Source: Ignicoccus islandicus DSM 13165 (GTDB taxonomy: Archaea > Thermoproteota > Thermoprotei_A > Sulfolobales > Ignicoccaceae). Taken from it: a DNA stretch of 32,000 bases. Within the stretch, counting starts at the first letter, position 1. Every line of letters begins with the position of its first letter. The stretch is from positions 150,001 through 182,000 of the forward strand of contig NZ_CP006867.1 of the NCBI RefSeq assembly GCF_001481685.1, written 5' to 3'. The notes below the pieces were generated by a model, which was given only the letters and a program-made list of their open reading frames with translations, searched no databases and was not told the DNA's origin. Below are positions 8,567 through 17,776 of the stretch, piece after piece. Position numbers and translations under genes: made by a program.

Positions 8567-9427
8567 TTGCGGGCTTGGTTAATCGCTGTTGCACTAAGCG
8601 CTCTACTGCTGGCTAAGTGCGTTGTTTTCCCTAAGGACTTAGGACTGAGCGTTCAAGAAGAGGAAGTACTTGAAGTGGGCTTACTGGCAAAAGTATACAT
8701 GACTAAGGTTAAGGCAAACGTTATACTTCTAACGCCCGATAACGAATACAGGTTTGAAATGAAGAAGTTAATAATGGACCACTTCAAGAAGGCCAGCGAG
8801 TTCCTTAATATAGCCAATAGAGACTTGGAAGCGGGCGTCCTAGACGAGGCGTTCATATACTATCTAGCTACCTTTAGGGAAGCTTACGTTAGTTACCATC
8901 TAATAGACTTAGCCAAGGCAAACGATCTGACCCAGTTGGCTAACAAGATAGAGAAAATAGGCGAAACTGTCTCTTCCTTAGCCTATACGTCCCTTAAAGT
9001 GGCCCTTAACCCAAGAAGCTGCGTTAACGTAACTAGAGTTGCATATGTATATAACTATTACACTTTTAAGGAAGTAGTTAACTTGCTTAACGATACCTTA
9101 AACAACATTCCAGGAGAATTCAATAAAGAGCTCGCACATAAAATTCAAACGATTTACGAAAAGGTTTCCAATTTGCTAGCGTATTCGTTGCTCCAATCTT
9201 ACATGCAAACGTGGAACCTCGACGATAAGGCCGTCTTGCCTAATAAGGAAGCGCCTTGCCTAAATGGAATAGGACCTCGAACCGATTGGCTCCCGAAGGC
9301 TTGCTACGTAGTGCAAAACCCTTCATCCGATGGCTCTATTAAATACCCTTGTCAGAAGGCGGTGGGGGCTCTGGCCTACTTACTAGGCGATCAACAAATG
9401 ATGAAAGTAATGTGTTCCCTAGGGTGA
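8567..9427 (+). CDS. Predicted secreted protein, unknown function (TTG start)
   Basis: 286-aa ORF with an N-terminal hydrophobic signal (MRAWLIAVALSALLLAK), helical body, and several C-terminal cysteines. Confidence 0.65.
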   Translation: MRAWLIAVALSALLLAKCVVFPKDLGLSVQEEEVLEVGLLAKVYMTKVKANVILLTPDNEYRFEMKKLIMDHFKKASEFLNIANRDLEAGVLDEAFIYYLATFREAYVSYHLIDLAKANDLTQLANKIEKIGETVSSLAYTSLKVALNPRSCVNVTRVAYVYNYYTFKEVVNLLNDTLNNIPGEFNKELAHKIQTIYEKVSNLLAYSLLQSYMQTWNLDDKAVLPNKEAPCLNGIGPRTDWLPKACYVVQNPSSDGSIKYPCQKAVGALAYLLGDQQMMKVMCSLG

Positions 9428-9431
9428 TATA

Positions 9432-10352
9432 ATGGAGAGGAGGGACGTTATAGTTGTGGGAGCCGGGCCTGCGGGCCTCACGGCTGCGGCTACTCTGAAG
9501 CAATACGGAATAGAACCTTTAGTTCTAGAAGGGGAAAAGGTAATGGCAACGGTTTACTCATATGCATGGAAACCTGTAGAGAACTACCCGGGTTTCGATG
9601 GGAAGAAAGCAATAGAAATTGCTAGGGCTTTCGAGGAGATGGTCAATTACTTCGGGTTTGAAGTTAGGGAAGGTGAGAGGGTAATTAAGGCCTTTAAAGA
9701 AGGGGAGGAGATAGTAATTGAAAGCACTAAATTAACGTACGCAACGAAGGTATTGATTATCGCAATAGGAATACTTGGAAGGCCTAGGAGGATGGGTCTA
9801 CCAAACGAGGACTTACCGAACGTCCATTACATGGTAAAGGACCCAAAGGAGTTCTCTGGGACGAAGGTAGTAGTAGTTGGGGGAGGAGATACTGCAGTGG
9901 ATACAGCAACGGCGTTGGCTATGGAAGGAGCAGACGTAACTATAGTGCATAGAAGGGATCAGTTCAGAGCTCCCAAGAGGAGCGTCGATAAGATGATTAG
10001 CGCGGGCGTGAAGTTGGTGCTAAACAGCGTAGTGAAGGAAATAATAGCGGAAGGCGGCAAGGCTAAGGCTGTAAAGGTAGAGAACAAGGAAGGTCAGACT
10101 TTCGTGATACCGCTCGATCACTTGATTTTCCTCATTGGATACGAACCCCCGGACCTATCTTGGATAAAGGACTTAGGCGTCTTAATGAGAGGTAGAGAGA
10201 TAATAGTTGATGATAAAATGAAAACGAACGTCCAAGGAGTACTTGCGGCGGGAGACATAACGCCCGTCCCAAAGAGGATACTCGTGGCCTCGGCCCAAGG
10301 CTACATAGCCGCTTTAACTGCCTTTAGGTACTTAAAAACAGGGAAATGGTGA
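9432..10352 (+). CDS. FAD/NAD(P)-binding oxidoreductase, thioredoxin-reductase-like (possibly ferredoxin/flavodoxin-NADP reductase type)
   Basis: VIVVGAGPAGLTAA (FAD), VVVVGGGDTAVDTA (NAD(P)), GVLAAGDI. The redox CxxC of thioredoxin reductases is absent. Confidence 0.85.
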   Translation: MERRDVIVVGAGPAGLTAAATLKQYGIEPLVLEGEKVMATVYSYAWKPVENYPGFDGKKAIEIARAFEEMVNYFGFEVREGERVIKAFKEGEEIVIESTKLTYATKVLIIAIGILGRPRRMGLPNEDLPNVHYMVKDPKEFSGTKVVVVGGGDTAVDTATALAMEGADVTIVHRRDQFRAPKRSVDKMISAGVKLVLNSVVKEIIAEGGKAKAVKVENKEGQTFVIPLDHLIFLIGYEPPDLSWIKDLGVLMRGREIIVDDKMKTNVQGVLAAGDITPVPKRILVASAQGYIAALTAFRYLKTGKW

Positions 10353-10355
10353 AAA

Positions 10356-10364
10356 CTTTTAAAC
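10356..10364 (+). promoter_or_regulatory. TATA box of the tRNA-Met gene
   Basis: CTTTTAAAC about 36-44 nt upstream of the tRNA-Met 5' end. Confidence 0.5.
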
Positions 10365-10399
10365 CGATATTCCGAAATGTTCTAACGGCGGGGTGACCT

Positions 10400-10476
10400 A
10401 GCGGGGTAGGGCAGCCTGGTAGCCCGCGGGGCTCATAACCCCGAGGTCGGTGGTTCAAATCCACCCCCCGCTACCA
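10400..10476 (+). tRNA. tRNA-Met (anticodon CAT), initiator-like, CCA encoded
   Basis: AGCGGGG TA GGGC AGCCTGGTA GCCC G CGGGG CTCATAA CCCCG AGGTC GGTGG TTCAAAT CCACC CCCCGCT A CCA. The A1-T72 pair and the G-rich (GGG/CCC) anticodon stem indicate the initiator. Confidence 0.9.
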
Positions 10477-10556
10477 AGCGGGGCCCCGCCACCACTCCTT
10501 CTATCGAACGCTTCTAATACCCCTCTCTAAACACCTAATTCTTAGGTTCGAAAACC

Positions 10557-11342
10557 TTGGAACTGGGGCTCAAGGGGAAAAGGGTCCTCGTTACAGCCTC
10601 CACGAAAGGAATAGGATTTGCTATTGCTAAAACCTTCTTGAAGGAAGGAGCCCGGGTAGTGATAAGTTCTAGGAATCCCAAGAACGTGGAGAGCGCCTTA
10701 AGGGAACTCAAGAACTTAGGGGAAGTCTACGGCGTAGCTGCAGACGTCTCTTCTCCAACCCAAAGGGAAGAGCTCGTTCGAAGGGCGATCGAGGCGCTAG
10801 GCGGAATAGACGTATTCGTGTTCAATAGCGGGGGTCCGCCGACTAAGTCATTCATTGAGACTGAACTGGGCGATTGGGAAGCCTCCTATAGGCTCCTTCT
10901 CGAGAGCGCCGTTCACTTAACGAAGTTGATCTTACCTCAGATGGTTGAGAGGAAGTGGGGCAGAGTAGTCTACGTTACGAGCGTGGCAATAAAAATGCCC
11001 ATAGAAGGCTTGGTTCTATCTAACTCCGTTAGGATAGGGATAGCTGGCTTGGCTAAGACCTTGGTAAAGGAGTTTAAGGGAAGTGGAGTAACGTTTAATG
11101 TAGTGATGCCAGGATACACCTTAACTAAAAGGATGGAAGAAGTTTTGAGGAAGAGCGCCCAACTTCACGGAAGGACTTTCGAGGAAGAGCTACGGGAGCT
11201 GGAGTCGAAGATACCCATAGGTAGGATAGGGAAGCCCGAGGAAATAGCCAACGTTGTGGTCTTCTTAGCCTCCGAAGCCGCCTCTTACGTTAATGGCGAG
11301 GCGATAGCAGTGGATGGAGGCCTCGTACCAACGGTGTTCTGA
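10557..11342 (+). CDS. Short-chain dehydrogenase/reductase (FabG-like)
   Basis: GKRVLVTASTKGIGFAIAK cofactor motif, FNSGGP, SAVHLTK, and the C-terminal SDR pattern FLASEAASYVNGEAIAVDGG. TTG start. Confidence 0.85.
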   Translation: MELGLKGKRVLVTASTKGIGFAIAKTFLKEGARVVISSRNPKNVESALRELKNLGEVYGVAADVSSPTQREELVRRAIEALGGIDVFVFNSGGPPTKSFIETELGDWEASYRLLLESAVHLTKLILPQMVERKWGRVVYVTSVAIKMPIEGLVLSNSVRIGIAGLAKTLVKEFKGSGVTFNVVMPGYTLTKRMEEVLRKSAQLHGRTFEEELRELESKIPIGRIGKPEEIANVVVFLASEAASYVNGEAIAVDGGLVPTVF

Positions 11343-11355
11343 ACGTATCACTTAA

Positions 11356-11784
11356 TTGAGTCTAACTAGACCTTTGGAGGAACTAGTTCAAGTATTGGGG
11401 GATTTGCTTAAGGTACCCAATGGGAGAAGGGTTATTAACGAAATTTTGGAGAACTACTTGAAGGAGCTATACGAGTACAATTCGAAATTACCTAAGGGCT
11501 TCGCAGTGAAACCCATACATTACGTTAAGTCGAAGGGTAAGAAATACGTTTACTTCGGAAGATATTTCTATAAATATGAAAGAGTTGGAGGCAAGGTTCG
11601 CTGGAAGTACGTTGGGAGGGAACCTCCCAAGGGTTATCCCCCGCCCCCCGTTAATCCCCTCGAAGGCATTAAGTTCGTAGTAGAGAAGGACTACCTACTA
11701 GTGGATGAGAGCGAGGTCGAAACCAACGAGATCCTCAGTGGAATACTAAAGAAGTACCTCAAAAACAAGAACGTAGGAATCTGA
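11356..11784 (+). CDS. Conserved-looking hypothetical protein (142 aa)
   Basis: ORF tightly spaced between the upstream SDR and the downstream ORF. The exact TTG start is uncertain. Confidence 0.6.
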   Translation: MSLTRPLEELVQVLGDLLKVPNGRRVINEILENYLKELYEYNSKLPKGFAVKPIHYVKSKGKKYVYFGRYFYKYERVGGKVRWKYVGREPPKGYPPPPVNPLEGIKFVVEKDYLLVDESEVETNEILSGILKKYLKNKNVGI

Positions 11785-11785
11785 A

Positions 11786-12082
11786 TTGAGAGCGGAGGAG
11801 CCGAACAAACTCGTTCTCTTGTTAATCAAAGAAACCGTTGAGGAACTTCTAGATATGGCGGAACCTGACGAGAAGCACGTCATAATGGAATTGGCATCGC
11901 TAATTGATGAAAAGGGCATTAAGCCTTCGAATTCGTTCGAAAAGAGAACGGTTGAAGCTTTGAGGGAGAGTATGGAAATGAGGAGGAGAGTAGCGGAAAA
12001 ACTCTACCCGATACTCAAGGACTTGATTCGCTCTGTTTATGAAGAATTAAGTACAAGAGACAGTTCAGCTTCGCAACAGTAG
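11786..12082 (+). CDS. Hypothetical helical protein (98 aa)
   Basis: ORF immediately follows 11784 and is charged and helical. It overlaps the 3' end of the convergent nuclease ORF. Confidence 0.55.
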   Translation: MRAEEPNKLVLLLIKETVEELLDMAEPDEKHVIMELASLIDEKGIKPSNSFEKRTVEALRESMEMRRRVAEKLYPILKDLIRSVYEELSTRDSSASQQ

Positions 12083-12620
12083 AATATAACCTCCAGTTAC
12101 CCCTTTTAGGCAACAAGCCCTTCGACTTGAGCTCCCTAACTATCTTAATTGCCTCCTCGTTCGGCTTCTCTAAATTAGCTATTTTGCAACATTCCTCGCA
12201 AGGGGCCAAGGAACCGAGTATTTCCGAAAAGAACGATTCCAAAACTTGGGATACTAGTTCAAACACTTCCTCCCTAGTGCTAACGTATATATCTTCGAAG
12301 AGCAAGTACTTAACTCCAAGTTCCTTTGCCATTAAGTAGGCCTCTTCGTTGCTCCAACCGGTGCCCATAACCATTGGAGTAGCGCCTATGACCTTCGCGT
12401 TAGCGTAGGCTTGCCTAACTGCGCTCACGTCTATTTTCCCCGACTTTACTTCCACCGCATACTTGCTGCAAGGAGCGTTAGCTAGCAAGTCGATCTCTGC
12501 AACTGTTCTATCGCCTATCTTAACTTCCTCATTAGTCGAAACGATCTCGAAGCCTATTCCTTCCAAGACGGCCCTGGCTAATTCCTCGCTTACCTTCCCC
12601 TTCTTCATTGCTCTCGTCAC
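12015..12620 (-). CDS. PD-(D/E)XK (RecB/RmuC-like) nuclease-superfamily protein (start possibly 12608)
   Basis: IGDRTVAEIDLLAN...YAVEVKSGKIDVSAVRQAYANAKVIGATPMVM matches the D...ExK core followed by the QAY helix. Confidence 0.75.
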   Translation of the reverse strand: MTRAMKKGKVSEELARAVLEGIGFEIVSTNEEVKIGDRTVAEIDLLANAPCSKYAVEVKSGKIDVSAVRQAYANAKVIGATPMVMGTGWSNEEAYLMAKELGVKYLLFEDIYVSTREEVFELVSQVLESFFSEILGSLAPCEECCKIANLEKPNEEAIKIVRELKSKGLLPKRGNWRLYSTVAKLNCLLYLILHKQSESSP

Positions 12621-12689
12621 TGTTAAGGGAGATTCGGAAAAAGAATAATATAAAGCGGGCTTCCAAAGAGGCGAAAGGGCAGAACCTCA

Positions 12690-15600
12690 ATGGAGGCTAA
12701 GTACGATCCAGTGAAAGTCGAAGAGGAAGTACTGAAGTTCTGGAAGGAAAACAAAATCTACGAGAAAGTTAAGGAAATAAGCAAGAAGAGGGGGAAGTCA
12801 AAACCGTTCAGGTTCTTAGAAGGTCCACCTACAGCCAACGGATTCATGCACGTAGGACACATGAGAGGGAGGACCTACAAGGACGTTACGCTCCGTTTCT
12901 GGAGGTTGAGGGGCTACTGGGTTTGGGACCAAGCTGGATGGGACACTCAAGGGCTACCCGTAGAGCTAGAGGTTGAGAAGAAGTACGGTTTCAAGAGCAA
13001 GAAGGACATAATTAAGTTCGGCGTAGATAAGTTCGTTCAAGAATGCCAGAAGCTAGTGGACTTCTACATCGATAAGTGGAGGAGAGATAGCGAGAGGATG
13101 GGCCTCTGGTTAGACTACGATAACGCATATCAGACTAGACATCCTAAGTACTTGGACGCGGCTTGGAGTTACTTGAAGAAGATGTACGATGAGGGTAGGA
13201 TCTACAAGGGCTTCAGGGTAGTGGCCGTTTGTCCTAGGTGCGAAACCGCCCTCTCCTCCCACGAAGTGGCTCAAGGTTACGAAACCGTTAGGGACCCCAG
13301 CTTCTACTTCAAGCTCCCCTTGAAGGGAGAAGAGAACGTTTACTTAATAGCTTGGACCACCACCCCTTGGACTATAATAGCTAACGAGGCGGCCGCCGTT
13401 CACCCAGAAGAGACTTACGTAAAAGTAAAGGTAAACTTCAATGGAAAAGAGGAATATTGGATATTAGCTGAGAAGAGGCTGGAGCCTGTCGCAAAGGAAG
13501 TGGGACTGAAGGAATACGAGCTCGTGGAGAAGTTCAAGGGAAGCGAGCTAATAGGGAAGGAGTACGTTCACCCGCTCTTGGAAGAGGTCCCGGCTCACAA
13601 GGAACACCAGAGGCCTAACCATACTGTAATAGAGGGAGCCTACGTTAGAGCTAGGAAGGTCGTTAACGGTAAGGAAGAAGTAATCAAGGAGATCTTCGTA
13701 ACTATGGATTCCGGTACTGGAATAGTTCACATGGCCCCGGCCCACGGTGCAGAGGACTTCGAAGCTTCGAAGGAAGCCGGTGTCAAGATGTTCAAACCCA
13801 TTAGAAAGGACGGTCACTTCACGGAAGAGGCCGGTAAGTACAGCGGAATGTGGTTTAAGGACGCCGAGAAAGAGGTCATGAAGGACCTCAAGAGGAAGGG
13901 CCTAGCTGTTCATATTGGAACTATAGAGCACGAGTACCCGCACTGTTGGAGGTGCGGAACGCCCCTCATGTACTACGCGGACGAGCAATGGTTCATTAAA
14001 GTGGAGGACTTGAGGGATTTAATGGTTAACGAGAACGACAAGGTCAAGTGGTATCCCAAATGGGCCTACGACAGAATGAGGGATTGGTTGCAGAACGCCA
14101 AGGACTGGACGATAAGTAGGGAAAGGTTCTGGGGAACTCCTCTCCCAATATGGACGTGTCCTAAATGCGGATACAGGAAGGCGTTCGGTAGCTTGGAAGA
14201 GGTCAAGAGGGAAGCGGTAAATCCCGAGAAGGTCGTAGACCATCACAGGCCTTGGATAGACGAGGTGAGAGTTAGATGCCCCAAGTGCGGGGCCGAAATG
14301 GTTAGGGAACCTTACGTGGTTGACGTTTGGTTGGACTCCGGCGTAGCGCACACGGCGGCCCTTCACCAGATAGGTAAGGACGATTACTGGAAACTGTTCT
14401 ATCCGTACGACTGGATAACCGAGGCCTTGGACCAAACGAGGGGATGGTTCTACACCCTATTGGCTACCGGAGTTACTTGGCACGGAAGAACTCCCTATAA
14501 GAGGGTCCTCACCCAAGGACACATCTTAGATAAAGACGGTAAGAAGATGAGCAAGAGCAAGGGTAACGTCGTATGGGCAGAGGAGGCCTTCAAGACTTAC
14601 GGGGCGGATCCGGTCAGGTTCTTCTTCGCAGTCAAGTCCGCTCCTTGGGAGTCCGTCAGGTTCGATCCGAAGGACATAAGGTTCTATAAGAGGACGCTGG
14701 ACGTCCTGTGGAACTCAGTCAGGTTCGCCAAGAGCTACATGGAGTTAGACAAGTGGGACCTAAGCAAGTTCGAGGAAGGCCTGAAGTACTTGGAACCTGA
14801 GGACCATTGGGTGTTACATCAGGTTAACCAATATTCCAAGAAGATAATAGAAGCCATGGAGGAGTCTTCGATACACAAGGCCGCTCAGGCGTGGAACGAG
14901 TTAGTGAACGAAGTACTGAGTCACAAGTACGTCACTCTGATAAGGCCGAGAGTTTGGGAAGAGGAAGAGAGCCCCAGCAAATTAGCGGCATATTCGACCT
15001 TGTACGCCGTCTTGGAGGCTACAATAGTGATGGGCTCGATATTCGTTCCGTTCCTCGCAGAGTACCTCTACCAAAACTTCTCTCGGAAGCTGGGAAGGGA
15101 AGAGGAGAGCGTCCACATGTTAACGTGGCCCGAGGAGTTTACGGTACAGAACGAGGAGATAGCTCAAGCAGTAGAAGAATTCTTGGAAGCTGGAGATAAA
15201 ATACTATCGCTTAGAATGGAGAGAGGGATCAAGAGGAGGTGGCCTCTACCGGAAGCAATAGTGGTACCGAAGAAGTTCGGCGAGAAGAGGCTCAAGAAGC
15301 TAGTGAAGAGGGAAAAGGGAGTTGAGGAAATGGAAGTTGAAGTACCAGTAATAAGCAGACCAGTAATAGAGGAAGCTTCTAAGGTACTCAAGGTATACGC
15401 CAACGTACTAGACGTAAGGCTAAGCGATGAGAGGCCCTCCGGCGATTACGACGTAATAGAGGAACCGGACTTCTGGGTTTACGTAAAGGTAAAGATGGAC
15501 GAAAAGGTGAAAGCCTTAGGCTTGGTTAGGGAAGTGATAAGGAGAATTCAAGTAATGAGGAAGGAGGAGAACTTGGAGCTGGATTACGTCTTAAGGAAAG

Positions 15601-15767
15601 TCGTAATATGGGCCCCAGAGGATCTCAAGGAGGCAGTGAGGGAATACAAAGATTACGTAGCTAGGGAAGTGAGAGCCGAGGAAATAGAGCTCGTAGACGA
15701 ACCCTTTGAGGGAGGCAAGAAGTGGGAAGTCGAAGGCAAAGAGTTAATAGTTAAGCTCGTCAAGTAA
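12690..15767 (+). CDS. ileS: Isoleucyl-tRNA synthetase
   Basis: 1025 aa; HVGHMRGRTYKD (HIGH), GWDTQGLPVE, PHCWRCGTPL, KMSKSKGN (KMSKS), and an archaeal/eukaryal-type C-terminal region. Confidence 0.97.
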   Translation: MEAKYDPVKVEEEVLKFWKENKIYEKVKEISKKRGKSKPFRFLEGPPTANGFMHVGHMRGRTYKDVTLRFWRLRGYWVWDQAGWDTQGLPVELEVEKKYGFKSKKDIIKFGVDKFVQECQKLVDFYIDKWRRDSERMGLWLDYDNAYQTRHPKYLDAAWSYLKKMYDEGRIYKGFRVVAVCPRCETALSSHEVAQGYETVRDPSFYFKLPLKGEENVYLIAWTTTPWTIIANEAAAVHPEETYVKVKVNFNGKEEYWILAEKRLEPVAKEVGLKEYELVEKFKGSELIGKEYVHPLLEEVPAHKEHQRPNHTVIEGAYVRARKVVNGKEEVIKEIFVTMDSGTGIVHMAPAHGAEDFEASKEAGVKMFKPIRKDGHFTEEAGKYSGMWFKDAEKEVMKDLKRKGLAVHIGTIEHEYPHCWRCGTPLMYYADEQWFIKVEDLRDLMVNENDKVKWYPKWAYDRMRDWLQNAKDWTISRERFWGTPLPIWTCPKCGYRKAFGSLEEVKREAVNPEKVVDHHRPWIDEVRVRCPKCGAEMVREPYVVDVWLDSGVAHTAALHQIGKDDYWKLFYPYDWITEALDQTRGWFYTLLATGVTWHGRTPYKRVLTQGHILDKDGKKMSKSKGNVVWAEEAFKTYGADPVRFFFAVKSAPWESVRFDPKDIRFYKRTLDVLWNSVRFAKSYMELDKWDLSKFEEGLKYLEPEDHWVLHQVNQYSKKIIEAMEESSIHKAAQAWNELVNEVLSHKYVTLIRPRVWEEEESPSKLAAYSTLYAVLEATIVMGSIFVPFLAEYLYQNFSRKLGREEESVHMLTWPEEFTVQNEEIAQAVEEFLEAGDKILSLRMERGIKRRWPLPEAIVVPKKFGEKRLKKLVKREKGVEEMEVEVPVISRPVIEEASKVLKVYANVLDVRLSDERPSGDYDVIEEPDFWVYVKVKMDEKVKALGLVREVIRRIQVMRKEENLELDYVLRKVVIWAPEDLKEAVREYKDYVAREVRAEEIELVDEPFEGGKKWEVEGKELIVKLVK

Positions 15768-16064
15768 CTCTCACGTATGGTTCCAATACGGTTTCAAATA
15801 AGATCGATTGAGCTCGTTCCTTCAATTTATTAATCGTTCATCCAACGGGAATAAGTTCGCAAGGAACTGCTCTATTGACCCTACCTTACCCTCAGTTCCA
15901 TTTTAGCTCATTGAAGCCCTCTTATCCTTTAAGGAACTCGAAAACGCTTCTTAACTTCTTACGCCGTCCCATATGCTATAGTCAATGTTGAAGAGTTTCT
16001 GGAAGAGGAGAGAACTCTTTACAATATTAATACTCTAGAAAGGTTCTTTTTTCGGAGACAAACT

Positions 16065-17540
16065 TTGATCGGTAAGTTAGTGCTCCCCTTGCTTCCGTTC
16101 CTATTAGCTATAGGCTACTTCACGGGCTGGTTCCTCCCCTTCGTTAGCTCGGCCCTCCTTTGCGCGAAGGCCGCGCCGGGTCTGTGGACCCTTCTCGTCG
16201 CGCTCGCGCTTCCATTAGCGTTCTACCTAGCGAGGGAAGTTAGGGCCGGGAACGAGGTTAATTTGAGCTACCTAATAGCCTATTTAGTGGTAGTAGTTGG
16301 ACCTCTGGCTTGGTTAGTAAGCGTAACGGCAGTTTCCCAAGTTGGGAGCTCCGTTAAGGTCGTCGAGTTGAGGGAGCTACCGAACTTAGTGGGAGTTTAC
16401 AGATTAATACCTCTACCGACGGCCTATAAGTACGCAATAGACAGGATTCAGTTGCCTACGCATACAATCTACTATCAAGAAACTTACGTTTATTACAACG
16501 GAACCAGGCCCATTTACAATTGGCTCATAGAGCCTGAAGGCGTTCTCAATTCGCTTTTCAGGAATCCCCGCGGAGCTGTGTTCGTTTACGCAGACACCTA
16601 TCCTCCGGAGGTCAAGATAGTGAAGCAAGATCTGACTTGGGGATTACATAACTACAAACTAACCCCTCTCTTCTTAGATTCGTTGGCTTTGGAGAGCCTT
16701 TTCAATGGGGCCTTCGGTAGAGAGGTTATATGGGAAGACGTCGCTGACGTGTATCTGAACGGTCAAGTTATTCAGCTATTGCCAGTAGTGGATTACAAAC
16801 CCATGTTTCCGGGATCCTTGCCTTACATCGATTCTTACTTAGTCGTTTATCCTAATGGTACTATTTCGAAAGTGAGGCCAGAGGAGGTAGTCCGCTACGG
16901 AGTGCCCGCGTTACCGGAGAGGGTAGCTAGGCAGTGGGTAGACGCCTTGAGAATGAAGGATTGGGTTCAAGCCGTCTTCTTTCACAATACGTTTACCATA
17001 AGGGACGTTGGAGATAACCCCCAGCCATACCTCCTTTTGGATGATGAGGGTCGCCCTTGGTGGGTCTTCGTTGCGGAACCTCCTGGGAACACTTACTCCG
17101 CTTACATGATTCTACTGGTGAACGCTTCCTCCACCGAGCCGGTGATCTACGTCTACAAATTCAATAAACCTAAAATAGGGGTTTCGAAGGCCTATAGCTA
17201 CGTAATGAAGGCACATCCCAATTGGGCTTGGAACTCGCTCAAGGTTCAGGAGCCCCTTCCCACGATAATTAACTCGACCTTCTATTGGAAGCTCTCAGTA
17301 ACCACGTCTGACTCTAGGGGATTGGTAAGCATAGAGTTCGTTGACGCAGACAGCGGAAACACGATCAGCGTTAGCGTTGAAGGGAAACTTAACGCTAATG
17401 AGGTTCTAGCGAGCTTGCTCAAAGGAAAGGTCAACGAGAAAGAGGAACTGAACCTTAACGAACTCTTGAAGAAAATCGAACGAATAAAAGCCGAATTGAA
17501 CGAGCTTGAGGAAATGGTGAAGAAGATAGCATCTAAGTAA
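16065..17540 (+). CDS. Predicted membrane-anchored protein with large extracytoplasmic domain and C-terminal coiled coil, unknown function
   Basis: 491-aa ORF with three N-terminal hydrophobic segments, an aromatic-rich body, and a C-terminal charged heptad-like segment (LLKKIERIKAELNELEEMVKKI). Confidence 0.7.
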   Translation: MIGKLVLPLLPFLLAIGYFTGWFLPFVSSALLCAKAAPGLWTLLVALALPLAFYLAREVRAGNEVNLSYLIAYLVVVVGPLAWLVSVTAVSQVGSSVKVVELRELPNLVGVYRLIPLPTAYKYAIDRIQLPTHTIYYQETYVYYNGTRPIYNWLIEPEGVLNSLFRNPRGAVFVYADTYPPEVKIVKQDLTWGLHNYKLTPLFLDSLALESLFNGAFGREVIWEDVADVYLNGQVIQLLPVVDYKPMFPGSLPYIDSYLVVYPNGTISKVRPEEVVRYGVPALPERVARQWVDALRMKDWVQAVFFHNTFTIRDVGDNPQPYLLLDDEGRPWWVFVAEPPGNTYSAYMILLVNASSTEPVIYVYKFNKPKIGVSKAYSYVMKAHPNWAWNSLKVQEPLPTIINSTFYWKLSVTTSDSRGLVSIEFVDADSGNTISVSVEGKLNANEVLASLLKGKVNEKEELNLNELLKKIERIKAELNELEEMVKKIASK

Positions 17541-17632
17541 CCAGTGAGCGCAACTATTGTGCTCTAAGGTTATTTGAGAAACCTAATTAGGATGAGAAAC
17601 GTCTTTACGAACGGTAAACGAGGTTTTGTAGT

Positions 17633-17776
17633 ATGGAAAACAACGATAGGTTGGCGAAAGGTATAGGGCTAGTCACCTTCGGCTTGCTTTGGATGATCAG
17701 TGGTGACTTCTTGAAGTCTGCTTTAATAGCGTTGGGTGTGTACCTAATTGTACAAGCCCTAGGTGATAGACAGTGA
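17633..17776 (+). CDS. Small membrane protein (47 aa), overlaps the next gene by 4 nt
   Basis: Read from the sequence: MENNDRLAKGIGLVTFGLLWMISGDFLKSALIALGVYLIVQALGDRQ*. Its stop TGA (17774-17776) overlaps the downstream GTG start (17773). Below the 60-aa cutoff of the supplied ORF track. Confidence 0.55.
   Translation: MENNDRLAKGIGLVTFGLLWMISGDFLKSALIALGVYLIVQALGDRQ

Noticed and set aside
10487-10556. Short palindrome CCTAATTCTTAGG downstream of tRNA-Met considered as a terminator or operator
   Set aside because: Only a 5-bp stem, within chance expectation; no supporting T-run.
12690-15767. Antisense/alternate ORFs at 13548-13817, 14019-14435, 14891-15199 and 15164-15403
   Set aside because: All lie inside the strongly supported ileS coding sequence in other frames; they show no domain signal.
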